A DNA stretch of 64,000 nucleotides from an uncultured Gammaproteobacteria bacterium (GTDB lineage Bacteria > Pseudomonadota > Gammaproteobacteria > Steroidobacterales > Rariloculaceae), in NCBI GenBank assembly GCA_963817615.1, contig CAWFPH010000003.1, positions 1,822,718-1,886,717 of the forward strand, given 5' to 3'. The translations under genes and the position numbers were made by a program. The notes under the pieces are model-generated. The model saw nothing but the letters and a program-made list of their open reading frames with translations, was not told the DNA's origin and did not search any database. Below, in pieces: positions 38,121 to 51,071 of the stretch (position 1 is its first letter; each line of letters begins with the position of its first letter).

Positions 38121-39614
38121 CTACCGCTCCGGCTTGAGCTGCGGGAACAGCAGCACGTCGCGAATCGACGCGGCGTCGGCGAGCAGCATCGCGAGCCGGT
38201 CGATGCCGAGACCGAGGCCCGCAGTCGGCGGCATTCCGTACTCGAGCGCGCGAATGTAGTCCTCGTCGTAGAACATCGCCTCCTCGTCGCCCTGCGCCTT
38301 GGCGTCGGCCTGGGCGCGAAACCGCGCCGCCTGGTCCTCGGGGTCGTTGAGCTCGGAGAAACCGTTCGCGAGCTCGCGCCCTCCTACGAACAGCTCGAAC
38401 CGATCGGCCACGAACGGATCGGCATCGTTGCACCGCGCAAGCGGCGACACTTCCGCCGGATACTGCGTGACGAAGGTCGGCGCACGCAGTGTAGTCTCGA
38501 CGGTCTTCTCGAACAGCTCGTACTGCAGCTTGCCGGCGCCGGAGCCCGCGTGCACGTGAATGCCGTGGCGCTCGCACTCGTTCGCGAGCGCCGCCCGATC
38601 GCGAATCTTGCCCCCGGCGAGCGCCGGGTTCGCTCGCTCGAGCGCCGCCTCCACGCTGATCTCGCCGAACGGCTCTCCCAGCTCGATGCGCTCGCCCTGG
38701 TAGTCGATGGCCGTGTCGCCGAGCACGACTTGCGCGGCGTTGCGCACGAGATTTTCGGTGAGCGTCATCACGTCGCGGTAGCCGGCGTACGCTTGGTACA
38801 GCTCGAGCATCGTGAACTCCGGGTTGTGACGCGTCGACAGGCCCTCGTTACGAAATACGCGGCCGAGCTCGTAGACACGCTCGAACCCGCCGACGACGAG
38901 CCGCTTCAAGTAGAGCTCGGGCGCGATGCGCAGATACAGATCGAGATCGAGCGCGTTGTGATGCGTGACGAACGGACGCGCGGTCGCGCCGCCCGGTATC
39001 GGCTGCATGATCGGAGTCTCGACCTCGGTGAAGTCGAGCGCGTCGAGATAGCTGCGCACGAACCGCGTCAGCGCGCTGCGCTTGCGGAAGATCTCGCGCG
39101 TCTCCTCGCTCATCACGAGATCGACGTAGCGTTGCCGCAGCTTGAACTCCTGGTCCGTGATGCCGTGCCACTTCTCGGGCAGCGGCCGCAGCGACTTCAC
39201 CAGCAGCCTGAGCTCGCTTACGTCGACCGAGAGCTCGCCCGTTTTGGTCTTGACGAGCTCCCCGCGCGCGGCGACGACGTCGCCCAAATCCCACTTCTTG
39301 AGCTCGGAATACGGCGCCTCGCCGAGCCGATCGCGGCGCACGAACAGTTGGATTTGCCCCGAGCGGTCCTGGATCTTCATGAACGTGATGGCGCCCGTGA
39401 CGCGCTTCGCGAGCATGCGGCCGGCAACGGCAACCGCGACGCGCTCGGCTGCAAGCGAATCCGCGGCATGAGCGCCGTAAGCGGCATGCAGCTCGCCCGC
39501 GAGCGAATCGCGCTTGAAGTCGTTCGGGAACGCGATGCCGCCCTCGCGCAGCTTCGCGAGCTTCGCGCGGCGCTCGGCGATCAGCCGATTTTCGGATTCG
39601 TCATGCTCGGCCAT
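38121..39614 (-). CDS. lysS: Lysine--tRNA ligase (class II)
   Basis: Track ORF 38121..39623 begins at a TTG. ATG 39614 is preferred: [26 protein letters not shown]... Class II motifs are present (...FRNEG..., ...GLGIDRL...). Sits in a prfB-lysS operon arrangement. Confidence 0.95.
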   Translation of the reverse strand: MAEHDESENRLIAERRAKLAKLREGGIAFPNDFKRDSLAGELHAAYGAHAADSLAAERVAVAVAGRMLAKRVTGAITFMKIQDRSGQIQLFVRRDRLGEAPYSELKKWDLGDVVAARGELVKTKTGELSVDVSELRLLVKSLRPLPEKWHGITDQEFKLRQRYVDLVMSEETREIFRKRSALTRFVRSYLDALDFTEVETPIMQPIPGGATARPFVTHHNALDLDLYLRIAPELYLKRLVVGGFERVYELGRVFRNEGLSTRHNPEFTMLELYQAYAGYRDVMTLTENLVRNAAQVVLGDTAIDYQGERIELGEPFGEISVEAALERANPALAGGKIRDRAALANECERHGIHVHAGSGAGKLQYELFEKTVETTLRAPTFVTQYPAEVSPLARCNDADPFVADRFELFVGGRELANGFSELNDPEDQAARFRAQADAKAQGDEEAMFYDEDYIRALEYGMPPTAGLGLGIDRLAMLLADAASIRDVLLFPQLKPER

Positions 39615-39619
39615 CGGCG

Positions 39620-40715
39620 TCAAAGTCCTTGCTTCAAGCTTTCCTGGAGAAAGTCGTCGAGATCACCGTCGAGCACGGCCTGCGGCCGGCCGCTTTCGAG
39701 GCCGGTGCGCAAATCCTTCACGCGCGACTGGTCGAGCACGTAGGAGCGGATCTGATTGCCCCAGCCGATATCCGCTTTATTCTCCTCCACGATCTGCGCC
39801 TGCTCGCGCCGCTTCTGCTGCTCGAGCTCGTACAGCTTCGCGCGCATCTGGCTCAGCGCCATCGCGCGATTCTTGTGCTGCGAACGCTCGTTCTGGCACT
39901 GCACGACGATGCCGGTCGGCATGTGTGTCATGCGAATCGCCGATTCGGTCTTGTTCACGTGCTGGCCGCCCGCGCCGCTCGCGCGAAACACGTCGACGCG
40001 CAGATCGGCCGGATTGAGCTCGATCTCGATGTCGTCGTCGATCTCCGGCGACACGAACACCGCCGCGAACGACGTGTGGCGGCGATGCCCCGAATCGAAC
40101 GGCGACTTGCGCACGAGCCGGTGCACACCCGTCTCGGTTCTAAGCCACCCGTAGGCGTACTCGCCGCGCACGTGCAGCGATGCGCTCTTGATGCCCGCGA
40201 CCTCGCCGGCCGACTCCTCGAGCACGTCGACCGCGAAGCCGTGCGCCTCGCACCAGCGTAGGTACATACGCAGCAGCATCGCGGCCCAGTCCTGCGCCTC
40301 CGTCCCGCCCGAGCCGGCCTGGACGTCGAGGAACGCATGATGGGCGTCCATCTCGCCCGCGAACATTCGGCGGAACTCCAGCCGCTCGAGCTCCTTGGTG
40401 ACGCTGCCGAGCTGACCGATCAGGTCGGTGAGCGTAGCCGCGTCCTCCGCCTCCACCGCGAGCTCGTGGAGCTCGCCTGCTTCGGTAAGGCTCTTGTCGA
40501 CGGTTCCGAGCGTCTCGACCACGGTCTCGAGGCCGGCCCGCTCGCGGCCTAACGCCTGCGCACGCTCCGCGTCGACCCAAACGTTCGGATCTTCGAGCTC
40601 GCGCTTGACTTCCTCGAGCCGCTCGCGCTTCGCGTCATAGTCAAAGATACCTCCTGAGAGCGGTGCTACGCTCCTTGAGGTCGTCGATCGCTGCGCCGAT
40701 TTGATTGACTTCCAT
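39620..40715 (-). CDS. prfB: Peptide chain release factor 2, requiring a programmed +1 frameshift
   Basis: Frame 0 runs from ATG 40715: [24 protein letters not shown], then an in-frame TGA (40643-40641). The +1 frame continues [22 protein letters not shown]...SPFDS...[15 protein letters not shown] (SPF and GGQ motifs) to the stop at 39620. Confidence 0.95.
40640..40655 (-). promoter_or_regulatory. RF2 programmed +1 frameshift site
   Basis: The minus strand reads AGG AGG TAT CTT TGA C. An SD-like AGGAGG lies 3 nt upstream of the slippery CTT-TGA-C, as in the E. coli prfB autoregulatory site. Confidence 0.9.
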
Positions 40716-40811
40716 GCCCGGGCCCCCTCGTGCCGCGCAGATACTAGCATGCCGACGCCGACACGAGCCGCTCGTCTGTACATTTTGCGCTCGCGTGTCT
40801 ATGTTCTACGC

Positions 40812-41186
40812 ATGCTGCTGCACCGTGAAACGAGCGCCGCGAATCTGATCCGTGCTTGGGAAAAAGGCCGACTGCGGATTGCGGATCGCTGGTGGTCGGG
40901 CAATCTGATCGTGACGCCGGAGCGCCTCGTCGAAGACTGGCGCGTCGATTCACCGACGGCGCTCACGCCGGGCGACCTCGCTCCCGCGATCGAGCTCGAA
41001 CCGAACATCATTCTGCTCGGCACCGGCGCCGAGCTGGTCCTTCCCGACGTGGATCTGATGGGCGAGCTCGCGCAGCGCGGCATCGGGCTCGAGATCATGA
41101 GCACACCGGCTGCGTGCCGCACCTACAACGTGCTCGTGCACGAGCAACGGCGCGTGGCGGCCGCATTGCTGAACCCGGCCGCATAG
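40812..41186 (+). CDS. Mth938-like (DUF498 / NDUFAF3-like) domain protein
   Basis: Real start at ATG 40812 in track ORF 40701..41186. ...IILLGTGAELVLPDVDLMGELAQRGIGLEIMSTPAACRTYNVLVHEQRRVAAALL matches the recalled family pattern. Confidence 0.7.
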   Translation: MLLHRETSAANLIRAWEKGRLRIADRWWSGNLIVTPERLVEDWRVDSPTALTPGDLAPAIELEPNIILLGTGAELVLPDVDLMGELAQRGIGLEIMSTPAACRTYNVLVHEQRRVAAALLNPAA

Positions 41187-41236
41187 CAGCGGACGCAAAC
41201 GCCCGCGTTCGGCGTAGCTCGGCCGCCGTCTTTCGT

Positions 41237-41974
41237 TCAATCGTCGAGCGGCTGAATGCCGAGTCGCGCGAGGCGTTCAAGGCCGTCCTTCATGGCCTTG
41301 AGCGCTTGCGGCGAGTGTCCCTGCCAGCTCGTGATCTCGCTCATCACCCGCAAAGGGTCGCGCGAACGGAACGATTTCGTCGGATTGCCCCGAAATTTCT
41401 TGTTCGTCAGATTGGGATCTTCTTCGATCGGGCCGGTCGGTTCGACGATGTAGATTCTGCCGGGCGCTTCGCCGGCCGCCAGCTCCGCTCCCCAGGTGGC
41501 TGCATCCAGCGTGCGGCTCAGGTAGACGTAGGTCGTCGTCCTGCCCTTGTCGCCGAAGTTGGGTGTCTGGCCCGGCTCGATCAGGTCTCCCGGCCGCAGA
41601 TCGGCACGAGTGCCATGATAAAGAGTCCACTCCGTGACCTCGCCCGTGACCCGCAACGGCTCGCGGGAGCAACACGACATCGACGGGTGGCCTCCAGGCC
41701 TGCGTCCCGTCAGGTCGGAGGCGTCTTCGATCCGGCCGAGCGGCTCTACGCGATAGACCCTGCCCGGACCGTCGCCGACCGCGAGCTCCGCTTCCCAAAT
41801 GGCCTCGTCGAGATTCGCGGTCAGAAAAACGTAGGCTGCGACGCCGTCCGGCTCGGCGCCGTCGCGAGAGTCGCCGGGCTCGGTCAAGTCTCCCGGCCGC
41901 CGCTCGAGCCGAGTGCCATGGTAGAAGCGCTTCGCTTGCAAATCGTCGCTCGCGCCGAGATCGCCGTTGCTCAT
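41237..41974 (-). CDS. arr: Rifampin ADP-ribosyltransferase (Arr) family protein with two tandem Arr domains
   Basis: The C-terminal half, LYHGTRADLRPGDLIEPG...TTYVYLSRTLDAATWGAELAAGEAPGRIYIVEPTGPIEEDPNLTNKKFRGNPTKSFRSRDPLRVMSEITSWQGHSP, closely matches Arr as I recall it from mycobacteria. The N-terminal half, FYHGTRLERRPGDLTEPG...AAYVFLTANLDEAIWEAELAVGDGPGRVYRVEPLGRIEDASDLTGRRPGGHPSMSCCSREPLRVTGEVTEW, is a diverged second copy. ATG 41974 with an AGAGGGA SD is preferred; the track start at 41998 is a TTG. Confidence 0.8.
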   Translation of the reverse strand: MSNGDLGASDDLQAKRFYHGTRLERRPGDLTEPGDSRDGAEPDGVAAYVFLTANLDEAIWEAELAVGDGPGRVYRVEPLGRIEDASDLTGRRPGGHPSMSCCSREPLRVTGEVTEWTLYHGTRADLRPGDLIEPGQTPNFGDKGRTTTYVYLSRTLDAATWGAELAAGEAPGRIYIVEPTGPIEEDPNLTNKKFRGNPTKSFRSRDPLRVMSEITSWQGHSPQALKAMKDGLERLARLGIQPLDD

Positions 41975-42121
41975 GTCGGTATCCCTCTCGCTCTGCAATC
42001 AGCGCCTCCGACGTTGCAGCTCAGCGGCCGCGGGGCAGCGCCGTTCCCCGCAGGTCGGCTGCTTCCGGGGCCTCATTCGAGACGGCCGCGCTGTCCGGCA
42101 CACGCGCTCGAGGACGGCTGT

Positions 42122-42877
42122 TCAGCGTCCGGCCGAGACCAGCAGCAACGGATCGACCGGCGTGCCGTTGCGGCGGATCTCGAAGTGCAGGCGCGGCCGG
42201 CGGCCGGGTCCGAGTCCCATCAGCGCGATCGTCTGACCGCGCGCGACGTCGTCGCCGTCGTGCACGCGCAGCTCGCTCAGATAGCCGTAGGCGCTCAAGT
42301 ACGTATCGTTGTGCTTGATGATCACGAGCAGACCGTAGCCGATCAGGCCCGCACCGGCGTACACGACGCGGCCGGCCGCCGCTGCCTTCACGGGTTGTCC
42401 CGCGCTGCCCGCGATTCCGATGCCGGATGCGATCCCGTCGGCCGCGCCGAAGCGCGTCGCAACCGCGCCGTCGGTCGGCCACAGCCACGGCGGCGCCGGA
42501 GCGGCGGGAGGCGCGGCCTCCGTCCGACTCTTCGCCGGCTCGAGCGGCGCCGCGGCACGTCCGCGGCTCCGCGCGGCTGCCGGCGCCGGCGGCACCCGCG
42601 CGAGAGCCGCGCGCGGCGCCGTGAGCCGCAGCCGTTGACCGACCCGAATCATGTCGGGATCGGCGAGCCCGTTCCAGCGCGCGAGATCGCGCTGGTCGAG
42701 GCGATGCAGCCATGCGATCTGATAGAGCGTTTCGCCTTTGCGCACGACGTGATACTGCGTGCGATCGCCGTCGAGGGAGTGAAAACAGCCGCCGCAGGCG
42801 GCGATTCCGACCCATGCGCAGAGCTCGAGGGTGAGGCGAACGGCGATTGTCGCGCGGCGTCGTCCGCGCCCGCTCAC
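42122..42877 (-). CDS. nlpD: LysM + M23 peptidase lipoprotein NlpD
   Basis: GTG 42877 forms a GTGA overlap with the pcm stop. Lipobox ...WVGIAAC|GG. LysM: YHVVRKGETLYQIAWLHRLDQRDLARWNGL. M23 C-terminus: ...IIKHNDTYLSAYGYLSE...GRRPRLHFEIRRNGTPVDP. Sits in the surE-pcm-nlpD synteny. Confidence 0.85.
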   Translation of the reverse strand: MSGRGRRRATIAVRLTLELCAWVGIAACGGCFHSLDGDRTQYHVVRKGETLYQIAWLHRLDQRDLARWNGLADPDMIRVGQRLRLTAPRAALARVPPAPAAARSRGRAAAPLEPAKSRTEAAPPAAPAPPWLWPTDGAVATRFGAADGIASGIGIAGSAGQPVKAAAAGRVVYAGAGLIGYGLLVIIKHNDTYLSAYGYLSELRVHDGDDVARGQTIALMGLGPGRRPRLHFEIRRNGTPVDPLLLVSAGR

Positions 42878-43542
42878 GTTTCCGTTCCCGCGACGAACGG
42901 CACGAAACTGACCGCGAGCAGATCTTCCTCGTGAAACTCGTTGCCCCCGCGGGTGACTCGCAACAGCTGCTGGCGGCCGCGAGCGCCGATCGGGATCACC
43001 ATCCGACCGCCCTCGTCGAGCTGCTCGAGCAAATCGGGCGGCACGTGCTCCGGGGCCGCGGCCACGAGAATGCCCTGAAACGGCGCCTGACTGCGCCAGC
43101 CGTGCCAGCCGTCGGCGTGCCGTATGCTCACATTGCTGATCTTCAAATCCGTGAGATGCGCGCGCGCGCGCTGCACGAGCGGCTGGATCCGCTCGACGCT
43201 GTAGACGTGCTGCGCGAATGCCGCGAGCACGGCGGTCTGATAGCCGCAACCCGTGCCGATCTCGAGCACCTTCTTGAGCTTCTTGCCGGGCGCATTCGCG
43301 ATCAGCGCTTCGGTCATCAGCGCGACGATGTAGGGCTGCGAAATCGTCTGGCCGTAACCGATCGGCAGCGCCGTGTCTTCGTAGGCACGGCTTGCGAGCG
43401 CCTCGTCCACGAACAAATGCCGCGGCACCGCGCGAATGCGGTCGAGCACGGCGGGGTCTTTGATGCCCTCGGCACGCAGCCGCTCGATCAATCGCTCGCG
43501 CGTGCGCGCGGACGTCATGCCGATGCCGCGCTGCTGATTCAT
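42874..43542 (-). CDS. pcm: Protein-L-isoaspartate O-methyltransferase
   Basis: Start at ATG 43542 (overlaps the surE stop). ...[43 protein letters not shown]...[16 protein letters not shown]... Confidence 0.93.
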   Translation of the reverse strand: MNQQRGIGMTSARTRERLIERLRAEGIKDPAVLDRIRAVPRHLFVDEALASRAYEDTALPIGYGQTISQPYIVALMTEALIANAPGKKLKKVLEIGTGCGYQTAVLAAFAQHVYSVERIQPLVQRARAHLTDLKISNVSIRHADGWHGWRSQAPFQGILVAAAPEHVPPDLLEQLDEGGRMVIPIGARGRQQLLRVTRGGNEFHEEDLLAVSFVPFVAGTET

Positions 43543-44288
43543 TCGAAGCGCCGCAGCCAATCGCCGAGCGGCTCGAGCGCGGTGTGCGCGGTGAGGTCGA
43601 CCTTGAGCGGCGACACCGACACGTACCCTGCCGCGAGGGCATGGAAATCGGTGCCCGGTCCCGCGTCCTGGCCCGCACCCGCGGCCCCGATCCAATAGAC
43701 GGGCCGATTTTTCGGGTCGAGCGTCTTGATCGCGGGCTCGGACTTGTGACGGAAGCCGAGCCGCGTGGTCCGGATGCCTTTCACGGCGCCGGCTGGAAGG
43801 TCCGGCACGTTGACGTTGAGGATGGTCTCCGGCGGCAACGGTTCGGCGCGCGTGCGCTCGACGAGCCGTGCGACGAGATCGGCGGCCGTCTCGTAATGCT
43901 CACCTTCCGCGAGCACGAGCGACACCGCAATCGCCGGAATACCGAGGAACCGGCCTTCCATCGCAGCCGCGACCGTGCCCGAGTACAGCACGTCGTCGCC
44001 GAGATTGGCACCGTGATTGATGCCCGAGATCAGCATGTCGGGCGGCTCGGCGAGCAGACCGTTGATCGCGATGTGCACGCAGTCGGTCGGGGTGCCGTTC
44101 ACGTAGTAGACGTTCTCCTCGGCGCGCTCGACCCGCAGCGGCGTTTCGAGCGTGAGCGAATTGCTGGCGCCGCTGCGGTTGCGATCGGGCGCCACGACGG
44201 TGACGTCGGCCGTCGCCGCGAGCCGCTCGGCCAGCGTGCGCAGGCCTCGCGCCTGGTAGCCGTCGTCGTTCGAAAGAAGAATCCGCAA
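43539..44288 (-). CDS. surE: 5'/3'-nucleotidase SurE
   Basis: [23 protein letters not shown]...[16 protein letters not shown]...[24 protein letters not shown]... Confidence 0.95.
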   Translation of the reverse strand: MRILLSNDDGYQARGLRTLAERLAATADVTVVAPDRNRSGASNSLTLETPLRVERAEENVYYVNGTPTDCVHIAINGLLAEPPDMLISGINHGANLGDDVLYSGTVAAAMEGRFLGIPAIAVSLVLAEGEHYETAADLVARLVERTRAEPLPPETILNVNVPDLPAGAVKGIRTTRLGFRHKSEPAIKTLDPKNRPVYWIGAAGAGQDAGPGTDFHALAAGYVSVSPLKVDLTAHTALEPLGDWLRRFE

Positions 44289-44326
44289 CTAGCGTTCCCT
44301 GGACGTGCCGCGCCGTGCGAGCACGC

Positions 44327-44623
44327 TCACGGACCGCGGCGCTGCTCGGGTGCACCCGGCGCAATCTGATAGAACGTTTCGCCCGGGCCGACCATCCCGA
44401 GCTCGGTGCGCGCACGCTCCTCGGCGGCCGCGAGTCCCTGCTTCAGGTCCTTGACCTCGGCTTCGAGCGCCGCGTTGCGCGCCGCGAGCCGGTCGTTGTC
44501 CTCGGTGCGCCGCTCGACTTCGGACTCGAGCCGCCACACCTCGCGCAGTCCGCCGTCGGAAAGCCACAATCGCGCTTGCAGCAGCACGAGCACCGTCACG
44601 AGCACCAACAGCAACAACCGCAT
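44327..44623 (-). CDS. ftsB: Cell division protein FtsB
   Basis: 98 aa. An N-terminal TM helix (LLLLVLVTVLVLL) is followed by a coiled coil (...LEAEVKDLKQG...AAEERARTELGMV..GETFYQI). Located upstream of eno, as commonly seen. Confidence 0.88.
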   Translation of the reverse strand: MRLLLLVLVTVLVLLQARLWLSDGGLREVWRLESEVERRTEDNDRLAARNAALEAEVKDLKQGLAAAEERARTELGMVGPGETFYQIAPGAPEQRRGP

Positions 44624-44668
44624 CCGGTCTCCCGCCGCGTGGTCTTAGCGCAGCGCGCGGCCGATACT

Positions 44669-48516
<3,848 letters not shown>

Positions 48517-48590
48517 TCAATGTGCTTGGTACGGCAGGAGACGGTATTGCAAAGTACCAAAAGTGCTTCGGAGTCACCAGCCCCGCGCCT

Positions 48591-49967
48591 TCAATTGAGC
48601 GGCGCATGGCCGGTCCACTCGACTCTGAAGCGCGGCTCGGCCGGATCCGCCGCAGCAGCCTCGGCGCCGATCCACAGGTCACCGACCGCCACGAGCCGAT
48701 CGGCGCGATAGATGAGCGGAATGCGATCGCGCATCCACGGCACGATCGCGGCCTCGCGCAGCCAGTCCTTGAGCGGTTGCGAATGGCGCTTGTCCGCAGG
48801 TTGAAACCGCTCGCCGCCCGCGCGAAACCGGAGATAGAGCCCCTGATCGAGCCAGGAGCGCGGCAACCCGGGGCCCGTCGCGACCGGCTCGAACCCGATC
48901 TCGCCCTCGGGACCCGCCCAGCGGCCGCGCGCGTCGAGGCGCACGCAAAGAGCGGGCGCCGACCTCGACGGCAGCGGCGCGAGCAAATAGAGCCGATCGC
49001 GGAACACGCGGGCCTCGCCGCCGGGCCAGCGCACGAGCGGGTTTGCGCCGGGCCGCGCGCCGAGCAGCGCGCCGCAGAGCTCGTCGATCTTGCGCGCGCT
49101 CGGCGGCGCGAAGCCGGCCGCCCGCAACAGATGCCGCAACAGATTCCGCCGGCGCGCCGGCGAGAGCGCCGCGAGCGCTGCGCGCGGCACGCGCCGCGCG
49201 TCCTCGAGCGCGGCCGCGTCCGCGGCGGCAGCGTCGCCGAGGAGCTCTTCGGCATCGGCCATCTGAGCCGCGAGGCGGCCCGCGCTCGAGCTCGCCTGCG
49301 GCCAGCGCCGTGCGAGCAGCGGCACCACCGCGTGGCGCAGGAAGTTGCGGTCGTGATGCAGATCGGCGTTCGCGGGATCCTCGAGCCATTCGAGCCGCCA
49401 TTCACGCGCTTGCGCCTCGATCGCGGCGCGGCGCAGGCCGAGCAGCGGCCGGCCGAGCGCGCCGCGGCCGAACGGGCCGAATGCGGCGATACCGCGCATG
49501 CCGCGCACGCCCGCCCCGCGCAACAACCGCAGCAGCACCGTCTCGAGCTGGTCGTCGGCATGATGGGCGGTGACGGCCATCTCGCCGGGCTCGAGGAGCG
49601 CCTCGAGGGCGCGATAGCGGGCCTCGCGCGCGGCCGCCTCGAGGCCGCGGCCGGACGCCCGCGCGACCGGCACGCGCCGCATGCGGATTGCGACGCCGAG
49701 CGTCGCGCAATAGGCCGCGCAGTGGGACGCCCAGGCGCCCGAGCTCGGATGCAGACCGTGGTCGACGTGTGTCGCGCCGACGCGCTCGCGACCCGCGAGT
49801 CGCACGAGCGCCGTCAGGAGCACCGTGGAGTCGAGGCCGCCGCTGAACGCGACGACGAACCGGCCGGGCTCTGCGGGCGCAGGCCACCGCTCGATGGCGG
49901 TGCGCAAAGCCGCGAGAAACGGCTCATCCGCGGTGCGCGCGCCAACATCGTCGTCGAACCAGGACAT
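48591..49967 (-). CDS. tilS: tRNA(Ile)-lysidine synthetase
   Basis: Real start at ATG 49967 inside the 560-aa track ORF. PP-loop: FVVAFSGGLDSTVLL. ...TAHHADDQLETVLLRLLRG... Located next to accA, as in many gammaproteobacteria. Confidence 0.88.
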   Translation of the reverse strand: MSWFDDDVGARTADEPFLAALRTAIERWPAPAEPGRFVVAFSGGLDSTVLLTALVRLAGRERVGATHVDHGLHPSSGAWASHCAAYCATLGVAIRMRRVPVARASGRGLEAAAREARYRALEALLEPGEMAVTAHHADDQLETVLLRLLRGAGVRGMRGIAAFGPFGRGALGRPLLGLRRAAIEAQAREWRLEWLEDPANADLHHDRNFLRHAVVPLLARRWPQASSSAGRLAAQMADAEELLGDAAAADAAALEDARRVPRAALAALSPARRRNLLRHLLRAAGFAPPSARKIDELCGALLGARPGANPLVRWPGGEARVFRDRLYLLAPLPSRSAPALCVRLDARGRWAGPEGEIGFEPVATGPGLPRSWLDQGLYLRFRAGGERFQPADKRHSQPLKDWLREAAIVPWMRDRIPLIYRADRLVAVGDLWIGAEAAAADPAEPRFRVEWTGHAPLN

Positions 49968-49999
49968 TGTCGCGCGAGCCTTCGGCAGCGCGCCGACGC

Positions 50000-50959
50000 T
50001 CAACCCTCGCGATAGACGCCGTAGCCCGCGAGCCGCCGACGGCGCTGCTCGAGCAATGCGTCGAGCGGCATGGCCTGCAGCTCCGTGAGCGCGCTCGTGA
50101 CCCCTTCCTTCACGGCGCCGGCCGTCGCAGAGACATCGCGGTGCGCACCACCGAGCGGCTCGGCGATCACGCCGTCGACTAGATCGAGCTTGTGCAAACG
50201 CTCCGCGGTGATGCCCATCGCCTCCGCCGCGAGCTCCGCCTTGTCGGCGCTCTTCCACAAGATGCTCGCGCAACCTTCCGGCGAAATCACCGAATAGATC
50301 GCGTACTGCAGCATCAACACGCGGTCGGCGACGCCGATTGCAAGCGCGCCGCCGGAGCCGCCCTCCCCGATCACGACGCTCACGATCGGCACCTTGAGCG
50401 CCGACATCACGAACAAATTGCGCGCGATCGCCTCGCTCTGGCCGCGCTCTTCCGCGCCGATGCCGGGATAGGCGCCGGGCGTGTCGATGAGCGTGATCAG
50501 CGGCATGTCGAACTTCTCGGCAAGGTGCATGAGGCGCAGCGCTTTGCGATAGCCCTCCGGGCGTGCCATGCCGAAATTGCGCCAGACCCGCTCCTTGCTG
50601 TCACGCCCCTTCTGGTGACCGATCAAGACGACGGGCTGACCCTCGAGGCGCGCGAGGCCGCCGACGAGCGAGTGATCGTCGGCGTACATGCGATCGCCGT
50701 GCAGCTCCTGAAAGTCGGTGAAGATCCGGTCGATGTAATCGAGCGTGTAAGGGCGTTGCGGATGCCGCGCGAGCTGAGCGATCTGCCACGCAGTGAGGTT
50801 CGAGAAGATGCTGCGCGTGAGCGATTCGCTCTTGTTCCTCAGTCGCTCGATCTCTTCGCTGATGTTGATCTCCGAATCTTCACCGACGAACTTGAGTGCA
50901 TCGATTCTTGCTTCGAGCTCTGCAATAGGTTGTTCAAAGTCGAGGAATTTCAGATCCAT
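50000..50959 (-). CDS. accA: Acetyl-CoA carboxylase carboxyltransferase subunit alpha
   Basis: [22 protein letters not shown]...[11 protein letters not shown]...[25 protein letters not shown]... Confidence 0.97.
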   Translation of the reverse strand: MDLKFLDFEQPIAELEARIDALKFVGEDSEINISEEIERLRNKSESLTRSIFSNLTAWQIAQLARHPQRPYTLDYIDRIFTDFQELHGDRMYADDHSLVGGLARLEGQPVVLIGHQKGRDSKERVWRNFGMARPEGYRKALRLMHLAEKFDMPLITLIDTPGAYPGIGAEERGQSEAIARNLFVMSALKVPIVSVVIGEGGSGGALAIGVADRVLMLQYAIYSVISPEGCASILWKSADKAELAAEAMGITAERLHKLDLVDGVIAEPLGGAHRDVSATAGAVKEGVTSALTELQAMPLDALLEQRRRRLAGYGVYREG

Positions 50960-51071
50960 ACACTCTCACGGCCGCCCCGGCGCCACCTTAACCGGAACGC
51001 TTCGACGGTGACAAGTGGCGAGCGGCGCGATGCGCGCGTCGCCGCGCTCGCGGACCACGCTTTCGACGGCC

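Noticed and set aside
40641-40643. In-frame TGA 24 codons into prfB, which could be read as a pseudogene or an error.
   Set aside because: The context AGGAGG-TAT-CTT-TGA-C is the textbook RF2 autoregulatory +1 frameshift site. The +1 frame continues with full-length RF2, including the SPF and GGQ motifs. This is ordinary biology, not a defect.
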